Positions 39,630 through 52,840 of a stretch of 64,000 nt of DNA are shown piece after piece. The notes under the pieces were generated by a model, which saw only the letters and a list, made by a program, of their open reading frames with translations, had not been told where the DNA came from and ran no database searches. Numbering within the stretch: position 1 is the first letter of the stretch; each line of letters opens with the position of its first letter. Origin of the DNA: Octopus sinensis (lineage: Eukaryota); the NCBI RefSeq assembly GCF_006345805.1, contig NC_042997.1, forward strand, positions 89,404,001-89,468,000. The letters run 5' to 3'. A program made the translations under genes and the position numbers.

Positions 39630-40104
39630 AAAGTGGCAAGCTGGAAGAATTGCTGGGCAAAATGCTTCATGGCATTTCTCCCTGCTTTATGTTCTGAGTT
39701 CAAATTCCACCAAGGTTTGAGTATGCCTTTTATCCTTTTGGTGTCAATAAAATAAGTACGAGTTGAGCACTAGGGTTAATGTAATTGACTAGCCACCTCC
39801 CTCAAAATTTCAGGCCTTGTGCCTATAGTAGAAAGGATTATTATTACTATCATTATTATTAGTAGTAGTTGTAGTAGGAGTAGTATTAATAAAGCAGAGA
39901 GCTGGCAGAATTGTTAACACGCTGGACGAAATGCTTAGTGATATTTTGCCTGTCACTACATTCTGAGTTCAAATTCTGCCGAGTTCGACTTTGCTCTCCA
40001 TCCTTTCAGGGTCAATAAATTAAGTATCAGTAAAACACTGGGGTCAATGTAATCAACTAGTCTCCTCCCACCAAATTTCAGGCCATGTATCTTTAGTAGA
40101 ACAG

Positions 40105-40142
<38 letters not shown>

Positions 40143-40860
40143 GATGGTGAGCTTACAGAATCATTAGCATGCTGGAAAAAATGCTTAGCAGTATTTCGCC
40201 CATCTTTATGTTCTGAGTTCAAATTCCACCAAGGTCTTCTTTCAGGATTGATAAAATAAGTACCAGTTGAGCGCGGGAGGTCAGTTTAATCGACTTAACC
40301 CCTCCCCAAAATTTCAGGCCTTGTGTCTATAATAGAAAGGATTATTATTATATAAGTAAGGTGGTGAGCTTGCAGAATCATTAGCAGCATTTCATCTGGC
40401 ATTGATGTTGCCTTTCATCCTTTTGGGGTCAATAAAATAAATACCAGTTGAGCACTGGGGTTGATGTAGTTGACTAACCCCCACCCCTCAGAATTCCAGG
40501 TGTTGTGTCTAAAGCAGAGAGAATTATTATTTAAGACTGCAATCTGGTAGAATTGTTAGAACACTGGATAAAATGTTTAGCGGAATTTTTTTGGCTTCAT
40601 GTTCTGAGTTCAAATTCTGGCAAGATCAGCTTTGCTTTTCACTAGCCCCAACCTATAAAATTTCAGACCTTGTGTTTATAGCTGAAAAAATTTAGGGTGA
40701 TGGATTGGCAGAATCATAAATATGTCAGACAAAATATCATGCAATATTTCTTTTGGTCCTTTATGTTTTGAGTTCAAATCCCACTGAAATTAGCTTTCAT
40801 CTTTTTGGAGGGTCAATAAAATAAAATAAAATAAAATACCAGTCTAGTACTGGGGATAAT
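39630..40860 (+). mobile_element. Array of about six head-to-tail SINE family 2 copies
   Basis: GAGTTCAAAT box B recurs near 39696, 39965, 40215, 40607 and 40771; units end in (ATT)n. Confidence 0.85.
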
Positions 40861-41752
40861 TTAATCAAATAACTTTAGGCACAGGTACTGTGTGGAAAGA
40901 AGCCTGCTTCCCAACCACATGGTTCTGGGTTCAGTTCCACTGCATGGTACATTGGGCAAGTATCTTCTACTATACCCTCAGGCTGACCAAAGACTTGTGA
41001 GTAGATTTGGTAGACAGAAACTGAAAAAAGCCTGTTACCTGTCATATATATATATATATTTATCTGTGTATGTATGTCTTTGTGTCTGTGTTTGTTCCCC
41101 ACCTCCGCTTGACAACCGGTGTTGGTATGCTTACATCCCTGTAACTTAGCAATTCAGCAAAAGTGACCAATAGAATAAGTACCAGGCTTGACAAAAATTA
41201 AGTACTAGGGTCGGTTCATTCAACTAAAAATTCATCAAGGTGTTGTCCCAGCATGGCCACTGTCAAATGAGAAAAACAACAAAATTTATAATCTTCTGTC
41301 TGTTTCTAACATAAACTGGAGGGCTGTAACTTCGAGATGATGAAACAATGATGTACTAATTGATGGTTGTTGCTGTGGGTCTGAGGCATTCAGTTAAGTG
41401 GAGGCTTTTGTACATAATAAAATGATCAAAAACAATTTTATATATAATTCCTAGTGAAGAGAAAATCATTCACTTAAGGATTGATTTTTAAGAGAGTCAA
41501 GGGAAACAACTCCTAAATCCAATTGAATTACGTTGGGTCATACAGTGGAAAATGTCTTATTTTTGGTATGTATGGTGACAGCTATAGACTTGTGAAAGAT
41601 GAGGGTGTCAGTTGGAATTTGTTGAAGCAAGGTTACTGTGGCTGGATGTCTTTTCTGTCATCGTATCTCACCTGTTGTGAGTAGATGAAAACTGAAAGAA
41701 GTCCATTGTATATATATATATATACGATGATGATGATGATGATGATGATGAT

Positions 41753-41789
<37 letters not shown>

Positions 41790-42687
41790 GGTTATGACTT
41801 TTTCACAACCTAATAACCCTATACTGTTATTCAATGTATAATTTCATAAAAGTTAGGAAACTAACATTTATTTTGCTTTGTTTGAAAAAACGTCACCCCC
41901 AACTTAGGAAATCAATCACCACTTTTGATCCAAATCAGGCAAAATTCTAGAGGGTTCATAACGCCTGCTCAAGTTTTTACGAAACTTGGTGTGCTGACTC
42001 AATGCAATTAGCTTTCTAGTTGAAGTAGTTTCGGAGTTATGGGCTTTTTAAATTATAGTTACTAGGTGGTACTAGATTCACACTTCAGTATTTCTGCTGC
42101 CTAAATCTTTGTAAACAAAAGAGAGATGTGGAATAAAAGTATATTTATACATTTTTATGATTACTGAATTGAAATTGCTCTATGCAAAGGTTCAAAACTA
42201 GGCTTTTCGATAACATACAAAATTAAAAACAATACATACTTTTAACATTATAGGTTTAATTCCAATTTTAAATAACTGTATGAGAAAAAGGGTGCTGAAT
42301 GTTAGCAGATTTTTAAATGTAACAAAGAATTAATATGTTTTATTAGATAAAATAAATCGAAGCTGTAGTTTCTCCTTCTTTTTACAAACATCATAAAGAT
42401 CTTGAAGGCACTTGATTACCCATTCTGCACTCTGATTTGTTCTGGAAATTTCCAGTTTTGCCTTTCCCTTGGATAACATTGGTGGTATAGAAAGGGGAGG
42501 CTAATATGCATGGGCAACTGTTGGTCTTTCATAAACAACCTTGCTTGGACTTCTGCCGTTGAGGGGAAATTCATAGGTGTAATCCCATGGTCATTCTTGA
42601 CCGAAGGGGCCTTTTTTTACTACCTCAGTCAACTGTAATAATGGTCATAGTAATTACAACAATGCTTACAATAACCACAAGTAATGT

Positions 42688-42751
42688 CCACAGTGATCAG
42701 AGCAATGGCCACAGTGACCACAGCATTGGCCACAGTGATCACAGCAATGGC
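42688..42751. repeat. 21-bp minisatellite, three copies (CCACAGTGATCACAGCAATGG-like)
   Basis: Directly visible. Confidence 0.85.
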
Positions 42752-43394
42752 TATAACAACCACTATGTTGTTTACTATAACAACAGAGTTATCAACCATC
42801 ACTGACAGCTGTTACATAATCAGCCAGTGTTAGATCCCTTTTTTTATGCAGTCACCCATCCCGTTTGAAATAATAGTCAAATCTCCCTTGAACCCCATCT
42901 TACTGTTTTAAAGCAGGACTCATCATACCATGTCAATCTACATATATGAGTTAGTCATGGCTTGAATACATTATACTACTGGGTTAACCTGGAACTGAAC
43001 AACCAGCCAAGGATCACAAAATTAGTGTCAGAAGGATGATATAATGAAGGATTTACTTGAATTGAACACACATCAGGTGCAGGCATGGCTAGGTGGTTAA
43101 GAAGCTCACTTTGGAACCACATGTGTTGCACCTTGAACAAGTGTCTTCTACTATAGTCCTGGGCCAACCAATGCTTTGTGAGTGAATATGGTAGAAAGAA
43201 ACTGTGTGGAAGTCCCTTGAATATGAGTGTGTGTGTGTGGTGTGTGTGTGTGTGTGTGTGAGTATGTGTGTGCGCGTGCGCATGTGTGTGTGCGTGTGTG
43301 CATGTGTGTGTGTATGCATGCGTATATATATATATATAGGTGCTTTGAGTTACTGTTTGAATCCCCAAACCTACATATATATGTGTGTGTGTGA

Positions 43395-43440
<46 letters not shown>

Positions 43441-43443
<3 letters not shown>

Positions 43444-44770
43444 GCTGAATCACTACCAGAACTAGAGAAGTTCCACGTAAGGAAGCAAGGTCTACAATTG
43501 AAGTACCTTAAAGTTAACATAGCAAAAGCCAAAGTCTTAGTAAGTAGAAAGGCAGACAGATCACAAATCCCTTCAGGTTGATGGTGCTGTTCAATCTGTA
43601 GAAAAGGTGTAGGTAGAAACTCAATAAGATGCACCCAGTGTAAGTTTTAGACACATAAAAGTTGCAGCATTATCAGAGGAAGGTTAACGGAAAATTGCTT
43701 TTGTATGTGGCAGATGAACAGGTACAATAAAATGTAGAAAAGTGAGCACTGAAAATGTACAAAAAATAGACTCCATCAACTGCCAGGTGGGGTAAGCTAG
43801 AGGTAGTAGATAGCTTCTGTTATCTAGATGACCAAGTTAGTAGCAGAGGTGGATGCTGCAAGAGTGTAGCTGTGAGAATAAGATTAGGCATGGCAAAGTT
43901 CAGAGAGCTCCTACCGCTACTGGTAACAAATGGCCTCTCTTTCAGAGTGAAAGGCAGATTGTATGATACCTGTGTGCAAACAGCTATGCTACATGGCAGT
44001 GAAACATGGGCTGTGACAGACGAGGACATGCATAGGCTTGAAAGAAATGAAGCCATTATGCTTCGCTGGATGTGCAATGTCAGTGTGCATGTTTGACAGA
44101 GTAAGCATCTTGAGAGAAAAGTTAGGCTTAAGAGGCATCAGATGTGGTATGCAAGAGAGATGACTGTGCTGGTATGATCATGTGATGCATATGGACATGG
44201 ACAGCTGTATGAAGAAGTGCTGATCTCTAACTGTAAAGGGAACCTGTAGTAGAGGAAGATCCAGGAAGACATGGGACAAGGTGGTGAAGCATGATCTTTG
44301 AACTTTGGGCCATACAGAGGCAATGACTAGTGACCAAGACCTTTGGCGATATGCTATACTTGAGAAGACCTGTCAAGCCAAGTGAAATCCCAGTCATGGC
44401 TGATGCTGGTGTCACGTAATTGGCAACCATGCTGGTGGCACATAAAAAGGACCTTTTGAGCATTGGGCCTCATGGAGGCAATGACCAAGACCTTTGGCAT
44501 TATGTTGTGCTTGAGCAAAATCAAGCCAAGCAAAATCACAGTTGTGACAGATACCAGTGTCACGCAAATGGCACTCGTGCTGGTGGCATGTAAAAGCACT
44601 CATTATACTTTCAGAGTGGTTGGCATTAGGAAAGGTATCCAGCCGTAGAAACCATGCCAAATCAGACTGGAGTCTGATGCAGCCTTCCAGCTTGCCAGCT
44701 CTAGTCAAACTGCCCAACCCATGCCAGCATGGACAATGGACGTTAAATGATGATGATGATGATGATGATA
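43441..44770 (+). mobile_element. 5'-truncated RTE-clade LINE (RT C-terminus plus 3' UTR)
   Basis: RIRLGMAKFRELLPLL...KGRLY..CV..AMLHGSETW...MLRWMC motif; (GAT)n tail; starts inside (TA)n. Confidence 0.9.
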
Positions 44771-44910
44771 TCTGTATATGTGTGTGTGTGTGTATGTATG
44801 TATATATATCTATATGTATATATCTTTGTCTATCTATCTATCGACCTGTCTGTAGGTCTGTCCATCTATGTGTGTGTGTATGTGTGTGTGTGTGTATGTG
44901 TGTGTGTGTG

Positions 44911-44948
<38 letters not shown>

Positions 44949-44951
44949 TAA

Positions 44952-45650
44952 TAATCCTTGGATAGAATTTATAAACATTTAATTCACTGTTGCGCATGTT
45001 TCCACAAATCACATGTCTCTGAAGATCACAGTCCATATTCCTGGGATGATTACAGTGTAGTCTATAGTATCCATGAGCATTGGCATAATAAAAAAAGTCC
45101 AATATCTCCACACACACCTCCATTCCCATATAACTACCATTCCTTCCTCTCTTTGCATCATCTTCCCCTCCTTCCTACCAAATACATACCGAAATACCCA
45201 AACAACTCAGTCAACCTTCATACTGGTCAAAAGAGATAAGCATGCTTCTGTTGTACATCCATTAATGTTATATCGCCTGAAGAAATCAGTCCATGAAGAT
45301 GATCAACCCAATGCCCTTTTGAGCAATGCGAAGGTTGGTTATGTCCACTGATACTACAGACTACACTATAATCATCCCAGGAATATTGACTGTGATCTTA
45401 AGAGATGTGATTTGTAGAAACGCGCATAGTGATGCATTAAATATTTATAAATTCCATCCGAGGATTATCGTTAGCCACTAAACCTTTTTCTGTTTTCTTT
45501 CCTGCTTATTTCTGTGTTCCTTTCTGTCAAAGAGCGTAGGCTCAAAACGTAAAAGACTTTCTCACTTCCCGAGTGTTAAATTAATACATCTATATGCTGT
45601 TTACACACTCGTCTTCATCTTTTGTTTTTTTTGTAAATTCTCACTATATA
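44952..45650 (+). mobile_element. Penelope-like remnant with ~120 bp inverted repeat and hammerhead-like motifs
   Basis: Arms 44952-45071 and 45350-45468; CTGAAGA at 45277; AGAGCGTAGGCTCAAAACGTA at ~45531. Confidence 0.55.
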
Positions 45651-46307
45651 TATATATATATATAATGTGAGCTTCCTCATTCTCCAGTATAGCCATCACT
45701 TGTGCCAAGCAATGACAGTGCATAATGTTTTTTAAAGTAAGGAGAGGCCTAACATACAACCAATCCTACTCTCTGAACAATGATGATAAATATTCCAAAA
45801 AGAAGAACTTTATCGACATCATTGGTTGCTATTGAGTTGCAGGTTTTACACCTGATTCTTCCTTCTCCTAGAATGATGTTCTAACAAGAATTAGGGGTTT
45901 CTTACTCCCAGTAATGTTGTACACTATGCCTATGTTCTTATTCTCATGGTTCTCTTCTCGCTGAACTTATTGTGCCTGCTCATTGGTGAAAACATGCTGA
46001 TCTGTGCAGCCAGTGTTTGCTGCTCCAAAGTCATCAGCTTGTCAATGATTGCTGCAGGAACTACCACTGTCTATGTGAAAAAGTAGGACCAAACCTGTTA
46101 TGAAGATCAATGGACATTGATCTTCATAAGCTCCTCTGTCCTTTGACAGGTTTTGTTTTTCATCCTGCAGGTTGTCCAATCACTTTCCTCACAACCTTAG
46201 TGGGGTTGTTCAGTTTAGTCACTGATGATCTGACCATGCAGCAGATTGTACTGCCTACTTACCCACCCTTATTATGTGTTTTTATTTCTCACTTTCTGTC
46301 TCTACAG

Positions 46308-46457
46308 ATCCAAGAAAATATCTGTCAAAAGTTTGCTCATATCATAGACTCAGAAATCAACCTCAGCCCCGAGAGAAGTCAAGCTGTGGTTTCCTGTATG
46401 GGGCCTCAGTTTACATTAAAGTACCTGTCTTATCCTTCACATGGACTTCAACACAAG
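46308..46457 (+). CDS. Gene 2 (uncharacterised, TBC/Rab-GAP-like), internal exon a
   Basis: Pyrimidine tract plus tctacag|; donor AAG|gtaaat; 150 nt, phase 0 to 0; IQENICQKFAHIIDSEINLSPERSQAVVSCMGPQFTLKYLSYPSHGLQHK. Confidence 0.75.
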
Positions 46458-47619
46458 GTAAATATTCTATGCTCCTTCCTCCCTGAACCTCTTGTGTGAC
46501 TTTGTTTTCCAAAGTTATGAGAATAATAAAATTAGTTCCAGTAGTAAACTGCAGTAGATCCAAACAGAAGTTCTGTCAAATTTGGTCATGTCTCATCAAA
46601 AGAAATAATTACTATTTACCTCTCTCATGTTGCTGAAGTTTTTTGGATTTAGGTCTTTCCTCATCACTAACAGGAATGAAAATGCATGTAAGTATTATGA
46701 GCATGCCTCTCTTCCTTGGATTAAAATTGAAAATTATAACATTCCCTTCTAAATCCATCTAGCCTTCCTTTGTTTGAAGTTTGATCTTGTAGCATGAAAA
46801 CAGTTTTATTTTTATGATGAAATATAAAGAAGCTAAAGCAAGTGAAGGTGCATGGCTCAGTGGTTAGAGTGTTGGGCTCACTACCATACACTAGTAAGTT
46901 CGATTCCTTGACCAGACTGTGTATTGTGTTCTTGAGAAAGACACTTTATTTCATGTTGCACCTATTCACTCAGCTGTAGAAATGAGTTGTGACGTCACTA
47001 GTGCCAAGATTATTAGCCTTTTGGAAAGACATCAGTGGCTTGGAGAGGGGAAGCTGGTATGCATGGCTGACTGCTGGTCTTCCATAAACAGCCTTGTCTG
47101 AACTCGTGCCTTGGAGGGCAACTTTCTAGGTGCAATCCCATGGTAATTTATGACCAAAGGGTGTCTTTTACCCTTTATACCAAGTGAAAAATATGAACTG
47201 GTCGATAATTTATTGTATTGACTGTGGCATATAGTTGTTTATGATATGGAGAAAACAAAGTAAAATAGAGTAAAATAGATCCCTAAATGCCTTATGTTTA
47301 AAAGGTGGTGGGACAGATAGAAAGTGTCTTTTCTCTAGGGTCATTAGCAAATACAAGTAGATTTCTGTGGAAATTATACTCAGGTCTTGGAGTCGTTTCT
47401 CTGTGATATTTTTGTTGCTGTACTATGTTCACCTTAGGGCTATTTGAATTATCATACTTAATTATGATTATCAAGTATGGTAGGGAGTCATGGACACTGG
47501 GTGTGGAAGATCTATGGAAGTTTGAAAGAAATAGGGCAAGTTTGAGCCATTGGATAATTAATGTTAGTTAATTCTTACAAATTGAATGGAGAGAACAATT
47601 GGATATTTGAAGTATTGTT

Positions 47620-49490
47620 AAGTTAAGTTAAGTTAATTTTTTGGCTCAAAAAGCAAAAAGCAAGGCCATGTAGGGGGACATGGAGTTATGTACAGGGTGG
47701 TGTTCATGCAAAGAGTTCAGGCCATTTCTGGTCAAGAGAGACTTTGAACCGAGCGGTCGTTGGCATCTTCACTATCTTGTCTGGCAGCTTATTCCATGGA
47801 TCTGCAACCTGGACGGAGAAAGCCCCTCTCCTTCGATTGAGATGAAATCGTCGCAGATAGAGCTTTTTGGAGTGACCCCGCAGCTGACGCTCTGGAGCAG
47901 GAGTGAAGAACAGCTCTTTCAAGAGGTTACACTTTCTGCTTATGATGTTGTGAGCAAGAATTAGATCACCACGGCGTTGTCGTTTTTCAAGAGAATAAAG
48001 GTCGAGCGTCTTCAGCCTTTCTTCATAAGACAAATGCTTGAGACCAAGAACCATGCAGGTAGCCAGCTTCTGGACTCTTTTGAGATGATGTATGTCTTTG
48101 AGGAGATAAGGAGAAGAGGCTTGAATCCCGTACTCCAATAAGGGTCTCACCAGCGTGACATAGAGCGGTAGGAATATGGCTGCTGTGAGCATTCTGAATG
48201 ACCGTCGAATCAAAAACAGAACTCCGCGTGCTTTGTTGGCAGCATGGACGCACTGGGCCGAAGATGAAAAGGAAGATTCCATCAAGACACCCAGGTCCTT
48301 TACCTGGTCGGTCCTCTCCAGCAGCAGACAAGCCGGCTCGAAATCAAGTTGAGTTGCAAGAGAAGAGCCAACAGGCAGATGACAGCACTTTGACACGTTC
48401 AGGCACAGGTCCTATTCGTTAGACCATCTCCAAACTTGGTGGAGGCATCGATGAAGATCATCTATATCACCGCGAGGAGCGACCAGTTTGACATCATTGG
48501 CAAATAGAAGGATGTGTTGTGTGAGGTCGTCGGGCAAGTCATTTATGAAAACTAAAAACAATAAGGGCCCAAGCACTGAACCTTGAGGCACACCACTGCT
48601 CGCACTGGAGACGTCAGACAGCGAACCATTAACTTGGACTTGGAAGGAGCGATCTGAGAGGAAGGCACTAACCCATCGTACAATATCCAGATGGAAACTA
48701 TATGCTTGAAGCTTGATAAGTAATAGGCGGTGGTTTACCGAGTGAAAAGCTTTGGCAAAGTCCAATAAAACTATGTCAACAGCATCACCATCATCCAGTA
48801 TATGCATCAGTATATGCATCACCAATTCTTCCATTACCAGTAAGTTGGTCAATACGAAGCCGTGTTGGAAATCAGAGATAGAGGCTGTGTTTTGGAGGTG
48901 GAGCAACATACTTTTCTTAAGGATGGTTTCGAATATCTGATTATTGAAGTAAGGGAAACCGGTCGGTAGTTAAGCGGGTCATCGCGGCTCCCTTTCTTAA
49001 AAATTGGGCAGATTATCGCTGTTCTCCAGTCCGCAGGTATAACACCCGTCGCCAATGACATATTGAATAGAAGTGTTAAAGGTTCGCAGATGACCGGAGC
49101 CAACGCTTTGATAACTTGTGGGTGTATGCCATCAGGGCCGTGACCCTTGTTGACATCGAGGCCTTGAATAACGTGATGACCAATCTAGGCATTGGAGGTA
49201 CCGATCTATCAAATAGAGGGGGTTCACGACCATCATCTTGTTTGAAGATAGTTGAAAAAGCCTCAGCAAATAACTGACTCTGCTGATAAGGGTCCTCAAT
49301 CGATACGCCTGTTGAGTCTACCAATGTTGCAATTTGGTTGTTCAAGCGGGAATTCCATTGGACATGGGCAAAGAAGGTTTTTGGATTGTGACTGGCGTTT
49401 GCCGCGATTCTGTATTCATATCTGAAGCGTTCTTCATTTTCAATTTTCACGGCTTGGTCTCGTGAATGTATGTTAGAGAAATATTCGCAC
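47620..49490 (-). mobile_element. CR1/L2-like LINE, 5'-truncated, frameshifted RT
   Basis: IPADWRTA...PIFKKG....NYRPVSLTS; QHGF; LDFAKAF; SGVPQGSVLGPLLF..FINDL; LFAND; LRGH....WNKLP; (TTAAC)n tail. Confidence 0.95.
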
Positions 49491-50006
49491 CAGTCCAGAT
49501 ATGTGATGCAAATAGACATTGAATTCTATCCAGAAAAGGGTCAGTGGGAGGCACCTGTAATAGAAAAAAAAACATTAGAAGTGGTGAGCTCATATCTGAG
49601 GATGGTGGGCATCCCAGACAAAATGCTGCAGGATTAAGTTGTCATTGTCATCGTCGTCGTCGTCGTCATCATCATCATCATCATCATCATCAACATTTAA
49701 CATTCATTTTCTATACTGGCATGGGCTGGACAGCTTGACAGGAACTGGCAAGGCCTGGGGCTACTCCAGGCTTCATAGTTTCTTTTGGTTTGGTTTCTAT
49801 GGCTGGATACTCTTCCTAATGCTAACTGCTCCACAGAGTGCACTGGGTGTTTTACAGGTGTCACCATCACTAGTGTTTTGTATGTGGCACCAGCACTACT
49901 GCTTTTTACTTGGCATCAGCATCCATACCATTGCTTTTTACATGACACCTTGGTTTTAGGGTCTCAATTCTGTTAAAAGTTTGATGATGATGCATATCTT
50001 TTGCAG

Positions 50007-50116
50007 GAGTGTTCTCAGCAGATGTTGTTAGAAATGAAATCACTGTTAAGTCAAGGGCTGGCAAATGCTATCATTGAGGCTGGTTATGGGTCACTGGTGA
50101 CACACGATACTCTCAG
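50007..50116 (+). CDS. Gene 2 internal exon b
   Basis: Acceptor cttttgcag|, donor CAG|gtaaca; 110 nt, phase 0 to 2; ECSQQMLLEMKSLLSQGLANAIIEAGYGSLVTHDTL(R); phases fit both neighbouring exons. Confidence 0.78.
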
Positions 50117-50452
50117 GTAACACACTTTTATTCTGTATTTCTCCAATACTGATTTATGTAGTAATTCAGATTATATTGATACTATTGGTAGTGGTTTGGC
50201 AAGGCAAAATACCTTTGGAAATAACTGCTTTGAATACACAGTTTGTACCTGTCCTATTCTGTTAACCAGGTTCATTGCATGCATGGAGTGCTGAGGTGTT
50301 TGCCTGAATTTCTTCAATCCCTATGGCAAGAGTATGAGGGGAATGGAGCAAATGGTGTGGCCAAGGGAGCTGACTCGGCACCAGACAGTCTGGCCAATCC
50401 AGGTGATCCAGGCGATATATATAAATATGTTCATATGTATACTTGTATATAA

Positions 50453-50491
<39 letters not shown>

Positions 50492-50597
50492 AGGTTTGAT
50501 CAATAAGAATGTGTCCTACACTGATACATATATGTGTGTTTGCATGTGCGTGCATGTGCATGCATACATGTATGTGTGTGTGTATGTGCGTGTGTGT

Positions 50598-50848
50598 GTG
50601 GTCTAATCAGTAAGTATCTGGATTGTTGCCATAGTAACAAAGCTAAAGCATGCAGAGTAAAGCTGCTTGGCAAAAATTAACCTTGAACTCTACTGTGCAT
50701 GTGCACTAAGTTTTAACGTTCTACCTCACTTCCACTGTTTACAGCAGTGCTTAGCAGGAAGGTGTGTAGCGTGTGATCATTGCATTGACCATGACAGAGA
50801 AAGTTGAGCAGAGAATCTCTATAGAATTTTGCTAAAAGCTTGGTGATG
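50598..50848 (+). mobile_element. Mariner 5' end fragment
   Basis: TIR-like GTGGTCTAATCAGTAAGTATCTGGA then ATG at ~50791 reading MTEKVEQRISIEFC*KLG, typical of a mariner transposase N-terminus. Confidence 0.6.
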
Positions 50849-50866
50849 TGTGTGTGTTTGTGTGTG

Positions 50867-50918
<52 letters not shown>

Positions 50919-51420
50919 GCAATAATTTCTTATCTCAACTAACACTGTGGAGTTCCTGAAGTAGATCCAATGGAAATATAACCCAACTGCTAATGACACC
51001 AGGTAGCCCAAACTGTGTCACTGCTCTGCTCAACACTTCAACACACTAATTGACATATACCCATTAGTCCAAAATATTAAATATGTGTGTGTGTGTGTGT
51101 ATGTATGTATATTTAGTTGATAGAAACTGAAAGAAACATATCATATATATGTATATGTATATGTGTGTTTGTGTGTGTGTGTGTGTATTTGTGTGTGTTT
51201 GTGTGTGTGTGTGTCCTTGTTTTGACATTGCACAACAGGTGTAAATGAGTTCCACTATTCTTCATTTCCAATCTTCTGTGAAAGCATATCTGGTCATGGA
51301 GAAATTTTACCTTGCTTGGAAACGGATGAGGGTTGTTGACCGAAAGAACATTCTCCAGCAGAAAACCTGCCTTAACAAATTTCCCTCTGACCCATCCTTG
51401 GAAGGAATTATGAATGTTAA

Positions 51421-51812
51421 GATGACGACGACGACGACAATGACGATAATGACAGCGATGATAATGATGGCAACGATGATGATGGCGACAGTGGCTATGA
51501 CAACGATGACGATGTCGATGATGACAATGATGACGACGACGATGACAACAGTTACAACAACGATGGGGATAGTGGCAGTGATGATGATGATGACAACGAT
51601 GACAATATGATGACGACAATGACGGTGATGTCAAAGACAATGATGACGGCAATGGCAGCTATAACAACAATGGCAGCTATAACAACAATGGCAACAACGA
51701 TAACTGGTGATGATGATGGTGATGGTGGCAAAAACGATGATGACAATGATAACAGTGGCAATGACAAAGAATGGCAACAATAATGATAGTGACAATGACG
51801 GCAATAATGAGG
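51421..51812. repeat. Degenerate (ATG/ACG/ACA)n trinucleotide tract
   Basis: Directly visible; source of spurious poly-M/T/H ORFs. Confidence 0.9.
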
Positions 51813-52660
51813 ATAATTGCCTTTAGCTACTGCTATAATATCCAACTTATGTAAATCAGTGATGAAATTTCCATGCATTAACTTGGACTGCTAGAAATAG
51901 CAGCCAAAATCTTCCTCAAATTATACACTCTATAGCCTTTTTGAAAAGGACATATTGATTAATGTACACAGCAGAGTTCAAGTTCAATCTGTGCAAAGTG
52001 GCTTCACTCTGTGTGCTTTAGCTTCGTTACTATTGCTTCAGTCTGGATACTTATTGATCAGAAAACACACACACACACTCACACACACACACACACACAT
52101 GTATCTGTACATGACGGATTCTCTCATTGTGAATGATAAATGAGGGTTCAGTAAAATAAAGTGGTAATGTTGTTCAGTGTGCACAAATATATCACTGTAT
52201 CTAGAAAAAGATAGGATGGTCAAAACTGGAATGTCTTTGGTTATAGGTTTCCTTAATTAGAGTTGATTGGATTTGTATATATTTGTATATATTGTTGCTG
52301 ATGCTTTTACTGGGGAAACCTATGATGAAAAAGTTCCAGTCCTGACCATCCCGCTTTTTTCTAGATACATTATGTCTAGGATTATATTAACCAATATGGT
52401 AACCCAAATTCCCAATACCAGTAACAGCAATATATGTATGTGTGTGTGTTAATTTACACATCTAATGACTTCTTTACTCTTTCCCTTCTCTTGTTTCTCT
52501 CTCTCTCTCTTACTTTCTTTCCCTTTCTCATCTCTTTTAATCCCTCTCTCTTTCTCTCTCTATCTCTCTTTCTCACTCTCTCTCTCTCTCTCTCTCCTTC
52601 AGATACACTCTCCCATTCTTACATTATGTCTCATTCTATCTCTCTTTATATCTTGTACAG

Positions 52661-52763
52661 AGAAAAGCCTCATGAACTATTGCAACAATTCAGAAGAGAA
52701 ACAGCATTGCAATTCAAAGAGTATTTATATAAATTCTGTCAGAACGAAGAACTAAGAATAATG
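52661..52763 (+). CDS. Gene 2 internal exon c
   Basis: Acceptor cttgtacag|, donor ATG|gtgagt; 103 nt, phase 2 to 0; (R)EKPHELLQQFRRETALQFKEYLYKFCQNEELRIM. Confidence 0.8.
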
Positions 52764-52767
52764 GTGA

Positions 52768-52840
<73 letters not shown>

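Noticed and set aside
41456-41565. Possible first exon of gene 2 (ATGTCTTATTTTTG|gtatgt)
   Set aside because: It would end in phase 2, incompatible with the phase-0 acceptor at 46308, and has no other support.
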